This document shows, piece by piece, positions 40,599 to 53,175 of a stretch of 64,000 nucleotides of DNA. This DNA is from Rhizophagus irregularis. Taxonomy: Eukaryota. The notes below the pieces were generated by a model. The model made no database searches. It was not told the DNA's origin and saw nothing but the letters and a program-made list of their open reading frames with translations. The position numbers were made by a program, and so were the translations under genes. The stretch spans positions 744,001 to 808,000 of the forward strand of contig NC_089430.1 of NCBI RefSeq assembly GCF_026210795.1. The letters are read 5' to 3'. Numbering within the stretch: position 1 is the first letter of the stretch; the number at the start of each line of letters is the position of its first letter.

Positions 40599-43525
40599 AA
40601 TCGTCTTTATAAAATTTTAAAATTAAATTATTGACTAAAAAATGATTTAATTCTAATAAAGTTCAACCATTATATTAAAATGTAATATTAGAAATATGCT
40701 AAAAACAATTGTTAACAAAAATCATTGACTTCGAATGAACGTTGCAATGGTTGCATGGTCCTCAGCTATTTGTGCTAGTGTAAAGGTTGCACCTAGAGTA
40801 GTCGTCCCCTGCTTGCATACTAAATATAATATCGGATGCTTTATAGGGATTAGGGATGGTTAAAAATGTGAACATTTAAACATACAGTATTATCAGTGTA
40901 TAGTTTTAAGCGTGAACTCAAAATAATTGTTTAAAACGAACAATGAATGGATTTCCTATTCTCAAATTGAAAATTTAAGAAAAATAATCAGTATTATTCG
41001 TCTAGTGATGTAAGTCCATGTACAATATGTTATCTTAAGCAATAGCGCCAATTCTTCTTCAAAAAAAAAAAATAACCTCTTGAAAAAAATCATAAACCAG
41101 GATCGTTTTTAATTTAGCTGAAAAATATTTGGCAAAAAAATACGACGTACTTACAAATTTGAAAGTCATGTTTAATAGTTAAAAATGTTATAAGTAACCA
41201 TATGAAATTAATTATGTCCCATTTTTTATAATTACAAGTAAATGTCAAAAAATACTAATTTGTTGCATGTTAACGAGGCGTTAATTTGATTATGACTATA
41301 ATAATTTTCTTTGAACATTATTTCTTGCAATTATAAGATTTTTTTAGAACATCATTTTTTTTATATACTAGTATACTAAATAAAATGCAGAACATCCGTA
41401 CATTATCAAATGAAATTTATCCCAAGGTAAAGTAATATGCTTTATAAATTTCATACAGTATGAATATTGGAAGTGGATATTGTATATTATTTTGTCCCAT
41501 TTAATGTTAATAAAATTTATAAAATATTTAAATAGCCGGATTATCCGGTTAAAATTCGGAACTGGTGTTACCGAATAATGACGTTCAGAAAATACATGAT
41601 TCGTTCTATTAAAATCATATCAAAAAACTTTCTTACTATTAAATTTAAGATTACAATTAGTATAATAATTTTTTATGATCATGATACAATAAATTCGATT
41701 CATCTTTTTATTTAATGAAAATTGTAGTCACACGCTATGCTATTTCCTTACAATTTCACTTTAAATAATACTATATTAAATATCCAAAAGAAAAAGTCTA
41801 AGATTTTGCTAACTTGCCCTCCAGATCGGCTCATATAATACAGTAAATAATAATTTTAGTCGGCTAAAAAATTTTTTTTTTTTTTATCAAAATATCCGAA
41901 AAAAAAATTACTTTCCGCAAATAATTAGTGATATTTCGGGTCAAACTCTTCTATTCATAATCCGATCCGCTTTTCAAATGAACTTTCTCATAAACCAAAT
42001 TAGGTAAAACTCGTCTCAGCCGAAATTTTACTTATATGTTATAATTCTAAAGAAATAGTCTCAAGGCTTGTAGTTGATCATGTTGTAATTTATTACTAGT
42101 AGTATATAATCGATAAAATAAAAATAAAATAAAATAAATGAATGAATGAAATTTATTTTTAATACTATTAATCCTCTGTCGCACAAAGTGTCACTCATGA
42201 TCACCTTCATACTAATTTTTAAAAATTGCGAGTGATTAGCTTAGTGTTTTTTACTTTCGGGAAAAAAACCCAACTCCCCATGAAATAGTAAATAATACTA
42301 ATATTTAAGTTATATGGTTTATAAAAAGACGAAAGGTAAAAAGTCACGAATTGTAAAAAAAAAAGTCACAAATTGTTTTATGAATTTGCCCACTAAAAAA
42401 ATTCTAGAAAAATATTAAATCGTTTACAGTACAACGACTTTATCACTACACTACAAAATTATAAATTTTTAGCCATCATATGGGCGGATTTGATTCACGA
42501 GATAAAATTACTTTATTGCATTGGTCCTTTTGCGTAATACTAAAACTGATCTGCAAACACGAGATTTCACATCAAGTGAGTTGTTGATCAATTAAAAAAA
42601 ATTTTTTTTCAACGTTAAAAAAAAAAAATATTTTAAAAAAAAACCGTGTTTTAACTATCCGACATAGTATGTTATTTTGTGAGTTGTATGAATATTTGGT
42701 GGCGATTTTTTTTTATTTCTTTTGGCTATTTTTCTATTTCTATTTTTTTTCTTTTTTACCTTTTAGATCTAAAAATTTTTTTAAATAATATTGTTCTAAA
42801 TTCTCTTTTTTTTTGCTTATATAGGTTCATTTGAAAAGACTTATTGTAAAGATATTTTGAAAATGAATTTTTGAAAGAGTTTGGGTGGTTATCTTAAATT
42901 TAAGTATAATAAGAAAAATAAAACATTTTGAACGCTCAACATTTATGACAAAAAATAGTGAAATATAAAGTATTATAAATATTGTAATAGATTAATAGAT
43001 TAAATTTATAATTTAAAAATCAATTTTTAAGTTTTAGCTTGTAGACTCATATACTACTTGTGTACTTTTTAAAATTAAAAATTAAATTAAAAAGAAGCGA
43101 AAGTAAAAAAAAATTTTTTTAGAGTGGCTTATCGTTATCATATGATGTAACACTAATCTACATATCATAAGTCTGGCCAAAATTATGTTAATTCCGGTCA
43201 AAAATTTTTTTTTTAATCACACCTTTATGGATATCGTGCAACGCATCCTTAACTTTGCTATGCCCACATAATGCAAAATTCAGCATATTTGGGTGATGAA
43301 ACAAATCCGACGATATGTACAGTATATCAAATAAAAATAATTAATTTTTCATGTGCCTGTGAACGTAATCAATTTTTTATTTCAAGATAAATTTAGTCAG
43401 ATCACTATTGGTAAGTTTTATTAAATAATACTTCAAATGAGTGGCTTTAAAAATTTTTATCTTATTAATAGTTTAATACTAAAAAATACATAATTATATT
43501 ACAACATATAGAGTAGAAATGATTC

Positions 43526-45081
43526 TTATTCATCGTCTTCTGTATAATATTTAATAAGATCGATTTTATCAACATTTTCATTCATTTCTATATAATCTAT
43601 ATGCAATAACAATAAGTTAAATAACAAAATAGAAATGACAGAAAAATAATTAATATATAGATACCTTGATCAAATGAACTTTGAAAATCATCAGAAATAT
43701 GCTGGTCAATTAATTGTGAATCTGAAACTGAAATAAAAGACATTTGAATTTTCTAAATTCTGAATTTAAAACTATTAAGTTAATTTTAAAATTTTCACCT
43801 TTTGAATCTTCAATTTGAACTTTTGTAGAATTTCTTGGAATGGTAAGATTAGTAAAACTCATATAACGACTAATGTATATTGCTTCAGAATGAAATTTGT
43901 TTTCTGAAGTGGAATCCTGTGAATTAATATCAATAAAATTCTTATAACTTTTTAAATAATGTAAATAGTAAGATAAATTTTTGGGTCTTTTTTCGGGATT
44001 TGCATCAAGGCATTGATTTACTAAATTAATATAAACTTTTGGTGTTCCTTTGGCTACTCTTGGTCTTAAACCATTGCAAATTGCTAATGCAAGTTTCTCA
44101 TCATGTGGTACATTTGAATAAGGTGACCTTCTAGTTGTCATTTCTATCATAATAATTCCAAAACTATAAATATCACTAGCAAATGTGTATGGTTCTCCAT
44201 ATAAAACTTCTGGGGCTATATAAGGAAGTACTCCACAAACATTTGAAGAATCAGAGGATCTTGAATTTTGTATTAATTTTGCAATTCCTAAATCTGCAAT
44301 TTTTGTAACTTTAACATCCATATAAAATTGAAGTATATTTCCACTATGTAAATCCTTATGAATATAATTATTCTTATGAATAATATCAAGAGAGTCTGCA
44401 ATATTACATAAAATATTTAATTTTTCTTTCCAATTTAAATTATGAAAATTTTTTTTAAGGTACTCTCTTAAACTTTCATCTGCAAATTTTAATACCATCA
44501 TAAATTCTTCTGTTTGTGGATCTTTTGTTATACCATAAAATTGTACGATATATAAACGAAGAGAATTATCAAATTCATTATACATTTTAATCTAAATAAA
44601 TATAAAAATAATTAATATAATTTTAAATAAAAAAAAATTTAATAATTAAAAATTTAATAATTTTATAATTTTTGTAAAAAAAAATTTTTACCTCGTTAAT
44701 AAAAGTTTCTGTCATTTTTATTGAGTTTTTAAATTTTTTAAGTGCAACTATAATAGACCCGTTCGGATTTCTCCTTTTATTATTCCAAGAAGCTGAAAAA
44801 ATATTAGAAAAACCACCTTCACTTATTGATTTAATATCAAGAAATTTATCATATGGTATCCATTCTAAATTATAACGATCATCAGTATTAAGTTGTGATT
44901 CATGAATTAATTTGTCTATTTCAGGATTTCCACTCGTTTTTCCTTCTCTTAAAAACCGTCCTGGGTCACATTTATTACACCATTCTATTCCGGTATTAGG
45001 CTTTTTACAATCATGACACACACCAAAGTATTCAATGACATTTTTAGTTTTCTTTGAAAAGATAGTTTTGAATTTATGCAT
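43526..45081 (-). CDS. TKL-family Ser/Thr protein kinase, paralog of 35288-36929 (4 exons)
   Basis: Exons 45081-44692, 44591-43799, ~43727-43664, ~43596-43526. Motifs WCNKCDPGRFLREGK, EGGFS, VALKK, HKDLHSGN, DLG, APE. Same intron positions as the paralog. Confidence 0.92.
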
Positions 45082-46255
45082 ATAGAATATTTGATATATA
45101 ATAATTATAAAATATGTACTATTATTTATTTTGAAAGAAAAAAAATTAAAGTGAAAAAAAATAAATTTCGGCGATCGGAATAAATTTTATACCGCAGATC
45201 ACGTGTCAAATTATTGTGACGTCTTGAACGTCTGATTATCAATCATCGAAAATTTTTTTTAATCGTGTTGTTAATGGTAATAAATATAATTTACATTTAT
45301 TATATTCCTAATTTACGTTGAAACAGTAACTACATTTTACATTTTTCCTGTTGTTGACATTTGTATTATCCTTTATTAAATAATTAACTTTAGTAATTTA
45401 AATTGATTAATAGAAAAAGAGAAGCGAAAGGAAATTCAAAGAATAATACTTTATTAGCAGATGCACATCGTCTAGAACATGATGCGCAGTTTCTGCGATC
45501 ATCATGTTATTAATAAAGTTTTTTTTTTAAAAAAAAAAAAATTCAAAGAATATTATGGTTTTACCATCATGTGCTTTAAAAGTTTTGATCTAGCGACAAC
45601 TATAATTAAAATTTTGATTAATATTTTCAATTTACTTATTTATTTATTAATTTATCGAATGTTATCGAGAAAGTAACAAGATATTCAATAATGTATTTTC
45701 AATTTTATTTGTTTTATAACTTTATTATTCAATAATATTATTCACATGTATTTTTAATCGTAACCGAATATTACATTAATAAAAAAAAGTTTCTTGAATT
45801 AAGGTAAGCCTTTAAATTAACTATAACATACGCATCACATAATTAATTTACTTCCTTGAAAATCACTATTATTATTTTTTTATTAATTTTTTATTTTTAT
45901 CATAAAGCTTTTTATTGGTTAATTTCATATTTTATTTATTTGTAAATATAATTTTCTTTCAATAAATAAATAAATAAAGTCTAGTTATTTCAATTATGTT
46001 TTATTTACTTCTTATTTCTTCAATTTAAAATTTAATTTGGTTGGCATTAAGTTTGACCGAAATATATGAAATCCTAATTACTGTATCAGAAAAATTAGAA
46101 TTAATAAATTTTAAAAGTGTAATAATGTCTTATTAACACAATTAATAGATATTTCACTGATATCTTATTATCTTAAGCATCTTAACCATTTATGTTACAA
46201 TTTTAAAAAGTCACAAAGATGATAAACGATAAATATCATCATCAAAATTTTTTTG

Positions 46256-46382
46256 CCCTGTAAAAAATCTGATCCGTGTTTTATCTTTCCATGTTTTTTC
46301 CGTGAATGTATCATTTTCACGGAATTTTTACGGAAAACACGGAGAAATAATGGAAATATTCGGATAAAAATTTTTTATAGGG
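46256..46382. mobile_element. Short MITE with the same CCCTGTAAAAAA...TTTTTTATAGGG termini as 2293-2557
   Basis: Identical terminal motifs and an internally palindromic CCGTG/CACGG-rich sequence. Confidence 0.7.
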
Positions 46383-47496
46383 TAAAATCGCTATAATTTA
46401 CAAAAGAGTTCAATATACCAACACCGAAAATAATTTATTACTGAAATTCGGGCGAAAATTTTCCAGTTTATTAAAGTAGCATGGTATGATATAACAAAAA
46501 AGTATAACCATTTATTGAAGTTGAGAAACACCTTCTTTCTGTATATTAATTTTATGGATTAATAGTTTTCTTATGCAAATTCAATCTTAATATATAAAAT
46601 AGAAGTTGCGATTTGTGGGGGATTTCGCCCCCTAAGTGATTTTTTGTATGACTAAAATGATTTCTCTTTAATAAATGTAAATATTTTTTTGGATGTAATA
46701 CTGTTTAAAGGTATGTAACTTGGTTTGTAAAAAAAATTATCTTTTCAGTTTTATTAATAAAAAAATAAGAAAACAAAAAATAAGCATATATAAACATGAA
46801 TTTTAAATATAAAATTGCATTTTTTATATTATATTTTATTAATATAATTATAGCTTACAAATAATATTATCTTTTTTGGTTGGCTGTATTTTACTGAACT
46901 ATTTTTTTTTCAAATTTTTCTTTTTTTTTGATTGGTTGTAAATTTTACCAAACCAATTTTTTTTTAATTAATTAAATAAACAATAAAATTTTGTACCAAG
47001 AAATTTCTCAGATTTCTTTTTTTTATTTAAAAGTGAAAGAAAGGCCATCCCAAAAGAAAAGCCATCCTTTAAAAAATAAATCTTGTAGATATATCATACA
47101 TCATTAAATATATTAAAAGTTCTTTTTAATAAATAAATAATAAATGTTAATAATATATTTATTTTTTTGAATAAATAAATAATGTGTAATGTAATAAATA
47201 AAATGAAATATTTTTTTAATAATAATTATTATTGAGATTTTTTTTTTAATAAAATTTTTAATATCATAAACTGGTATGTAAGAAAAATTCACATGAATTT
47301 TTCCTTTTATAAATATAAACTGATATGTAATCATCTTTATTGAAAAATGGTCTTCTCATTGATCAATGAAATTTTTTATTGATCAACGGAAATTAAATTT
47401 TTTTACAAAAACCTTTTTTTTGATGGTACAATTAAAAATGCATTAAAAGTGGCACAAAAGTGAATAATTTGTGATTTTATTCTAATGATGTCAAAA

Positions 47497-48635
47497 GAAG
47501 CAATTTTGCTATATTGCTATAGCTATAATAGCTATAGCAATAGCAATTTTTTTTTTTTTTTTTTTTACTGGTTAACAATAAAAACTTATTAAGAAAAATT
47601 TATGGAAATTACAATCATGCCTTTAGTTTGATTCTAAGTTACAGTTAAAAAAAACTAAACACTAATACTAAACTAAATACCTAAAATAAATCAATAAATT
47701 GAATTATTCCCAATAAACCAGATCAAACGGAAATAATGAAAAATAAAATTAAGGAAACTCACCCTAAAGGGCGAAAAGAAATTAAATTAATTGCCGATCC
47801 ACGAATGAATCGGACCTAGTGATCGGCAAAATCAAATCTCCACTTCCAAAAAAAGTAAAGTCGGTCAATTTTTAGCCAAACCAATTAAATTTTTTTTTAA
47901 AAAAAACTTAGAGATTAAATCTATTTTGTAAAAATATAAATTTAAGTATTTCAAAACTCAAAATTTTGCGAATTGCTTTTAAATATCATCAATTAGCGAA
48001 ATTTTAGTAAAAATTATTTATCATTTTTTTTTCTAATAAAAGTACTAGCAAGAAGTCTCAAAATTCACACATATATACTTTGGACATATATTAATAGAAT
48101 ATTAAAAAAAAAATGATATAATAAATGTAAAAATATTTCCTACTTTAAGGTTAACTAACAATAATCCATTTTCCCATTTTTAATGCTTATATGAAACTTT
48201 TATAAATCAATCTTTAGGAATTTAAAAATGGTAATTTTATCTTAAAATATAAGTTCTGAACATATTTAAAGCATTTATTTTCAAATTATTAAGTGAAAAA
48301 ATTTTTCGGTTTTGTGTCGATGGTTACACAAATTACGAATTGAAGAAATTTAAAGTTTATTGGTGAAAGTTTGACTTTTTTAAGAGCTATTTTTGATACT
48401 TTAATAAAATAAAGCAAATGTCAAAGTTTTTTCATTAAAAATTTCAATCTATTCGATTAAAAATTGTTGGATATTCCTATATTGGAAATGCAGATTTAAG
48501 GGGTGGTCCGATTGGTACATGGATTACTAATTAAACATCTTTATTAATAATAAAAACTGTATTTTTCTTTCGCTATAGCTTTTTTTTTTTCTTTCGCTAT
48601 AGCAATAGCAATGAATTAGCATAGCTATAAACTTC
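47497..48635. repeat. Possible degenerate TIR element bounded by GCTATAGC-rich blocks
   Basis: TTGCTATAGCTATAATAGCTATAGCAATAGC at ~47515 and GCTATAGCAATAGCA..TAGCATAGCTATAAACTTC at ~48595. TIR match is imperfect and no TSD was found. Confidence 0.35.
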
Positions 48636-48739
48636 AACTACGAAATTCTATGGAAAGCCATCCTTGACAAAAGGTTGATATCCAAACATCATAAAATATA
48701 ATGTTTAGACATCATGATGGTATGTCTAGACATCATATT

Positions 48740-49124
48740 TATGGAAAGCCGTCCTTGACAAAAGGTTGATATCCAGACATCATGTTGGATAATGTCTAGA
48801 CATCATGTTTGATATATGTAGAATAATGTTTGTACATCATTCAACATGATGCTCAAGCATCAACCGACATGATGTCTTAGACATCATGTTACCAAATATA
48901 GTAAATTTTATTTTGTGTAACTCATAAATATACTATATTTGGTAATTTGATCAGCATGATGTCTAGACATCATGTCGGTTGATGTCTTTCACATCATGTT
49001 AAATAATGTACAAACATCATCCTACATATATGAAACATGATGTCTAGACATACCATCATGATGTCTAAATATTATATTTCATGATGTTTGGACATCAACT
49101 TTTTGTCAAGGACGGCTTTCCATA
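48740..49124. mobile_element. IS3EU-like MITE inserted into a copy of its own family
   Basis: TIR TATGGAAAGCCGTCCTTGACAAAA / TTTTGTCAAGGACGGCTTTCCATA with 6-bp TSD CATATT (48734-48739 and 49125-49130). Confidence 0.85.
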
Positions 49125-49201
49125 CATATTTGATATATGTAGGATGATGTTTGCACATTATTTAACATGATGTGAAAGACATCAACCGACATGATGTCTA
49201 G

Positions 49202-49650
49202 TATGGCACGCCAGGCTGGACAGATGTTTAACGTAAAAGCTAAATCATTTGACGTTAACACCATATCATTTGACTTTGGAGTACAAAGCATTTGGCGTTA
49301 AATATAAACCATTTGTCATTAATTCCAAAGCATTTGTCATTAATTCCCAAAGCATTTGCCATTAATTCCAAAGTATTTGCAAATCTATAAACAAATTTCC
49401 TATAAAGGAAATAGGATTTCACGAGACTTTTAAAAAGAAAATTATTACTTAAATTGCACCATTTAAATTTCAACCAAATATGGAAAATTATTTTCATATC
49501 GCCAAACTGTTTGACAGTATTGGCAAAGAATTTAACAATAAAGTCAAACAGTTTGTTGGTACAGCAAATCATTTGAATTTCGCAGTTAACCTTAAACGTC
49601 AAATGATTTAGCTTTTACGTTTAAACATCTGTCCAGTCCGGCGTGCCATA
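49202..49650. mobile_element. Second IS3EU-like MITE family
   Basis: ~55-bp TIR TATGGCACGCC..CTGGACAGATGTTTAACGTAAAAGCTAAATCATTTGACG / ...GGCGTGCCATA with 6-bp TSD GTCTAG (49196-49201 and 49651-49656). Confidence 0.85.
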
Positions 49651-49734
49651 GTCTAGACATCATGCTAATCAAATTACCAAATATAGTATATTTTATAAGT
49701 TACACAAAATAAAATTTACTATATTTGGTAACAT

Positions 49735-50311
49735 TAGAGGTGCGCTCCGGATGAATCTGGTCAATCCGTCATCCGGATGATCACGTGACGGATCAATCCG
49801 GATTAAAAAAATCGGATCATCGGATTATCCGCGGATTGACCGGATTGATTATAATTCCGGCCGGAATTAAGTAATCGGCATAGAATTATCCTTTTTAGGG
49901 CACGAGTAACGTTACACAAATCCAAAAAAGGCAATTTTGTTTCCCAGCAAAAATGAAATTTTGGGTTTCACAAGAATCCTAAAAAGGAAATTTTTCGCCG
50001 ATCATTTAATTTCAGCCGGAATTTATGATTAGGTATTTAATTGTTGTCACGTGACGCACGGGCATGTCGATCGTTTCCATTTTTGGCGATACCCGTTCCA
50101 CAAAAAACCAGTTTTTCTAAATTTAGTTTCCGGTCGTGTAACATAAAATTTCCTAAAAAGGAAATTTTTTTGTCGATCCCGTATAGGATAGATCGGATAT
50201 CCGGTCATCCATCCGGTCTATTTGACGGATTCATCTGATCAATCCGAATCCGCCTATTAGACGGATTGATCCTAGGATGACCGGATTGACCAGATTCGGA
50301 GCCTACCTCTA
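49735..50311. mobile_element. hAT-like MITE (TAGAGG...CCTCTA termini) lacking a TSD
   Basis: TIR TAGAGGT..GCTCCG..AATCTGGTCAATCCG / CGGATTGACCAGATTCGGAGCCTACCTCTA with many CCGGAT subterminal repeats. The 8-bp flanks GGTAACAT and TATGGATG do not match. Confidence 0.75.
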
Positions 50312-52774
50312 TATGGATGGCTTGAGATCAGAAAAATTGGGAATGGATTTGTCCACTTTCAAGCCCAATTATATGAAGCATGTCCTATTTGTGAAATCAA
50401 GCACGAAAAGGATCAGTTATATGGCTTTCTTCGAAGTAATGGCTGTTTTGTACTCAAATGCTATTGGCAGAAAAATTATAAACCAGATCATAAAGGATTA
50501 GCATTTGGAAAAGTGATCGAAATTTCTGCAAAACCTAAGCGAGGAATAGTCGAAAGAATAGGTGATGCTATATCAAATCCACGCCCCCTTGTAGAATTAT
50601 CAGAGACAATGATTAATGTAGAAAAATTAAAGGATGCTCCAGAAGTATATCCCGATTTCTTGGGTATTAAGAAAATGACAACACTTATTCGTTCTCCTCC
50701 GGGAACATGGAAAACCACTACATTAAGAGAGATTATTATGGCATTGAAAAATAATGTACATGATCTCTCTTCTTTGCCATGTTATATCTGGGTTTCTTAC
50801 CGAAAGTCTCTTAGTAATGAATCAAAAACGAAACTTGATGAGCTAAAAGCATCTGGTTTTCGAATTTGCAATTATCAAAATATACAAGGAGACTTATCTA
50901 TAAATGAGTGGGATATTATCATAGTACAGGTTGAGAGTCTTTTCCGTATCGAGTTTACAGCCCGTCCATTTGTAGCTATTCTTGATGAAGCTAATGCCAT
51001 TATGCGTCAAATGTCTAGTGGTACAAATGCACGAGAATCTGAGAATGCAATACGTGATGTACTAAGATCTGTGAGACATGTTTTGGCCGTGGATGCTTTT
51101 GCAAATAAATCAACACTAACCTTTCTCCAGACTTATCGTGGTGAAAATATTTGCATAGTTGATAATAAGTATCAGCCTCGTATAGGCGAGACAGTTGAAT
51201 TTATTTATGATCTGAATAGCGGAGCTGAAGCCATGCGAATAGGATATGATCTTTTGAGGCAGGGCAAACGTGTAGCATTCGTATCTACTGGAGCAGTGAT
51301 GGCTAGAGCGCTAGTAGAAAAAGCATCTAAGTTGTTTAAACCTGACAATTCTCCTGTTAAAGCCCGTGCATATTATGGGAATATGGATGGGAAGCAGAGA
51401 CAAAAAGACTTCTCTAATATTGATGTTGCTTGGGGTGAGCTTGACTGTGTAGCTTACACAAATACAGTGGAGGCGGGAATATCATTTGAGGTTACGGGCC
51501 ATTTTGATATAGTTATAGCTATTACAAACATCACCACTCCAGTTCATGTTGAGGCTCTTGCGCAAATGCTTTATCGAATTCGTGACTGTCCTCGTCGTAT
51601 TGTTTCTGTGTTTTATCAAAAAAATTCTAATGAACTTTTTCGTCCACCAGGTCGTGAAAATATCCGAGCAGAACTTGAAAGTGCTCGACCTAATAATTTG
51701 CCTACATCAATAAAGGGTCACCGTGAATGGGATAGCAACGCCATTTCTTATAAAATCGATGAATCTCCTGCTGTAATAACATTTGTCGAAGTTGAGCATC
51801 AGAAACGGCTTTCTGCGAGATATTTTATTGAGAAGCTTTGTAGTCTTATAGCCAGTACTGGTGCTTCTCTCCAACTAATAAAAATGGATGAGAGCCGAGG
51901 AGTTATAGGGAATCGTAAAAAAGTCCGCAATGAGGTTAGGGTTGAAGCACTAGTTATCAAGGAAACAGATTTTGATGCAGTTGCTACTTCCCGGAATCTC
52001 GATCCTGAAGAAGCTGAAAATCTTAAGTTTGACCAAGAACGCTCTATCCCAGATACTATGGCACTTAAACGTTTCTATATGCGAAATATTTATGGTAAAG
52101 ATATAGACAATGAGATTTGGGATAATCTTTGCAATAAAAAGTTTGTAAAACATTTCAGTCCGCCCGAACCTCAGAAACATTTCTTGCAGTTATCTCACTT
52201 TAGAAAGCAAGGCTATGATGAGGAAAGTGCAATGAAAGGGTTAGAGGTCAAAGATATTGCGCAATGGGAAGATAGCCATTATAAAGCTGGTTATAATTCT
52301 GAGAAATCAGTAGCAGAGGACTTGCACAAATCATATTCAGCTAATCATTGGAAAGTTATAAGGGAACTCTTTCAAATACTAGGCTTTACCGGCATAGATG
52401 ATAAGCGTATTTTTTCCAGTAATATAATATCAGAAACATTCACACAATCCTGCGAGAGGTTTATAAAAGTCCTGGATCAATCCCTATTACTCTTCGGATT
52501 TAAGTCTTGTGCTAAGGTAACATCGGATCTTAATTCAGCTATAAGGGCAATTAATGCAATTGCTGGAAATTGGTGTGGCTATACTGTAAAGATAAATAGG
52601 AAAAAAATAGGGCCTAAAGAAAAACAGGTTTGGGAACGTTCATATCAAATTAATCGGCAACCATATGATGGTCTTGGTTTTGGAGATAAAGGTACGCCAG
52701 AGCTTCCACCATATAGGCCGAAAACAGATAATGATATTCAGGAACTCTTTGATTCTATAGGGCAAGACAAATAA
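50312..52774 (+). CDS. 5'-truncated UL9-like (origin-binding protein type) SF2 helicase with an upstream Zn-ribbon
   Basis: The frame is open from 50312 (YGWLEIRKIG..ACPICEIKHEKDQLYG..FVLKCY) into the 753-aa ORF. Divergent Walker A RSPPGTWKT, SYRKSL, QVESL, Walker B ILDE, YTNTVEAGISF and motif VI-like QMLYRIR. No introns. Confidence 0.75.
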   Translation, partial: YGWLEIRKIGNGFVHFQAQLYEACPICEIKHEKDQLYGFLRSNGCFVLKCYWQKNYKPDHKGLAFGKVIEISAKPKRGIVERIGDAISNPRPLVELSETMINVEKLKDAPEVYPDFLGIKKMTTLIRSPPGTWKTTTLREIIMALKNNVHDLSSLPCYIWVSYRKSLSNESKTKLDELKASGFRICNYQNIQGDLSINEWDIIIVQVESLFRIEFTARPFVAILDEANAIMRQMSSGTNARESENAIRDVLRSVRHVLAVDAFANKSTLTFLQTYRGENICIVDNKYQPRIGETVEFIYDLNSGAEAMRIGYDLLRQGKRVAFVSTGAVMARALVEKASKLFKPDNSPVKARAYYGNMDGKQRQKDFSNIDVAWGELDCVAYTNTVEAGISFEVTGHFDIVIAITNITTPVHVEALAQMLYRIRDCPRRIVSVFYQKNSNELFRPPGRENIRAELESARPNNLPTSIKGHREWDSNAISYKIDESPAVITFVEVEHQKRLSARYFIEKLCSLIASTGASLQLIKMDESRGVIGNRKKVRNEVRVEALVIKETDFDAVATSRNLDPEEAENLKFDQERSIPDTMALKRFYMRNIYGKDIDNEIWDNLCNKKFVKHFSPPEPQKHFLQLSHFRKQGYDEESAMKGLEVKDIAQWEDSHYKAGYNSEKSVAEDLHKSYSANHWKVIRELFQILGFTGIDDKRIFSSNIISETFTQSCERFIKVLDQSLLLFGFKSCAKVTSDLNSAIRAINAIAGNWCGYTVKINRKKIGPKEKQVWERSYQINRQPYDGLGFGDKGTPELPPYRPKTDNDIQELFDSIGQDK

Positions 52775-52799
52775 TACTTCAGCTCAGATCGTTATTCAA

Positions 52800-53036
52800 C
52801 TAAGTCTTAACCATATCTGATTCTGTTTTAGTTTTTTTACTTTTGCGCCAGGCATGGTCATAAATTCCACCATGTGTGCTACAGATTCCAGTATCGGAAT
52901 AGGTTCCCATCTTACAGACAGGGCATATTGTTCTAGGATGGGCATTAAAATGTCTGGAACATCCTAATTCGCTCATACACCCTTTCCCACAAATCGAACC
53001 ATCTCTCTTGATATATTGGCAGATAAAACGACCCAT
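52800..53036 (-). CDS. Small Cys/His-rich zinc-finger-like protein (78 aa)
   Basis: MGRFICQYIKRDGSICGKGCMSELGCSRH..ICPVC..TGICSTH, with C-x9-C-x3-C-x5-C-x2-H and C-x2-C-x10-C-x2-H patterns. Confidence 0.6.
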   Translation of the reverse strand: MGRFICQYIKRDGSICGKGCMSELGCSRHFNAHPRTICPVCKMGTYSDTGICSTHGGIYDHAWRKSKKTKTESDMVKT

Positions 53037-53175
53037 ACGAGGTAATTTTGATACTAATAATCTCAAAACTTCATCTTCACTTTTATTATAGATATTTAAA
53101 ATTCCTTTGCTTTAGCGGGTCAGCTTAGTAACCGCGTCTTCGGCCAAAGTTACAAACCCTACTCACTCTTTTTGC

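Larger units (their letters stand above)
48649..49734. mobile_element. Outer IS3EU-like non-autonomous element (TATGGAAAGCC family), interrupted twice and right-truncated
   Basis: Starts TATGGAAAGCCATCCTTGACAAAAGG. Its body (ACATCATG/CATGATGT repeats) resumes after each insertion and stops at the hAT-like MITE at 49735. Confidence 0.7.

Noticed and set aside
49106..50501. Short ORFs in the MITE nest and the 74-aa ORF at 50277-50501
   Set aside because: They lie in palindromic MITEs or out of frame over the helicase 5' extension.
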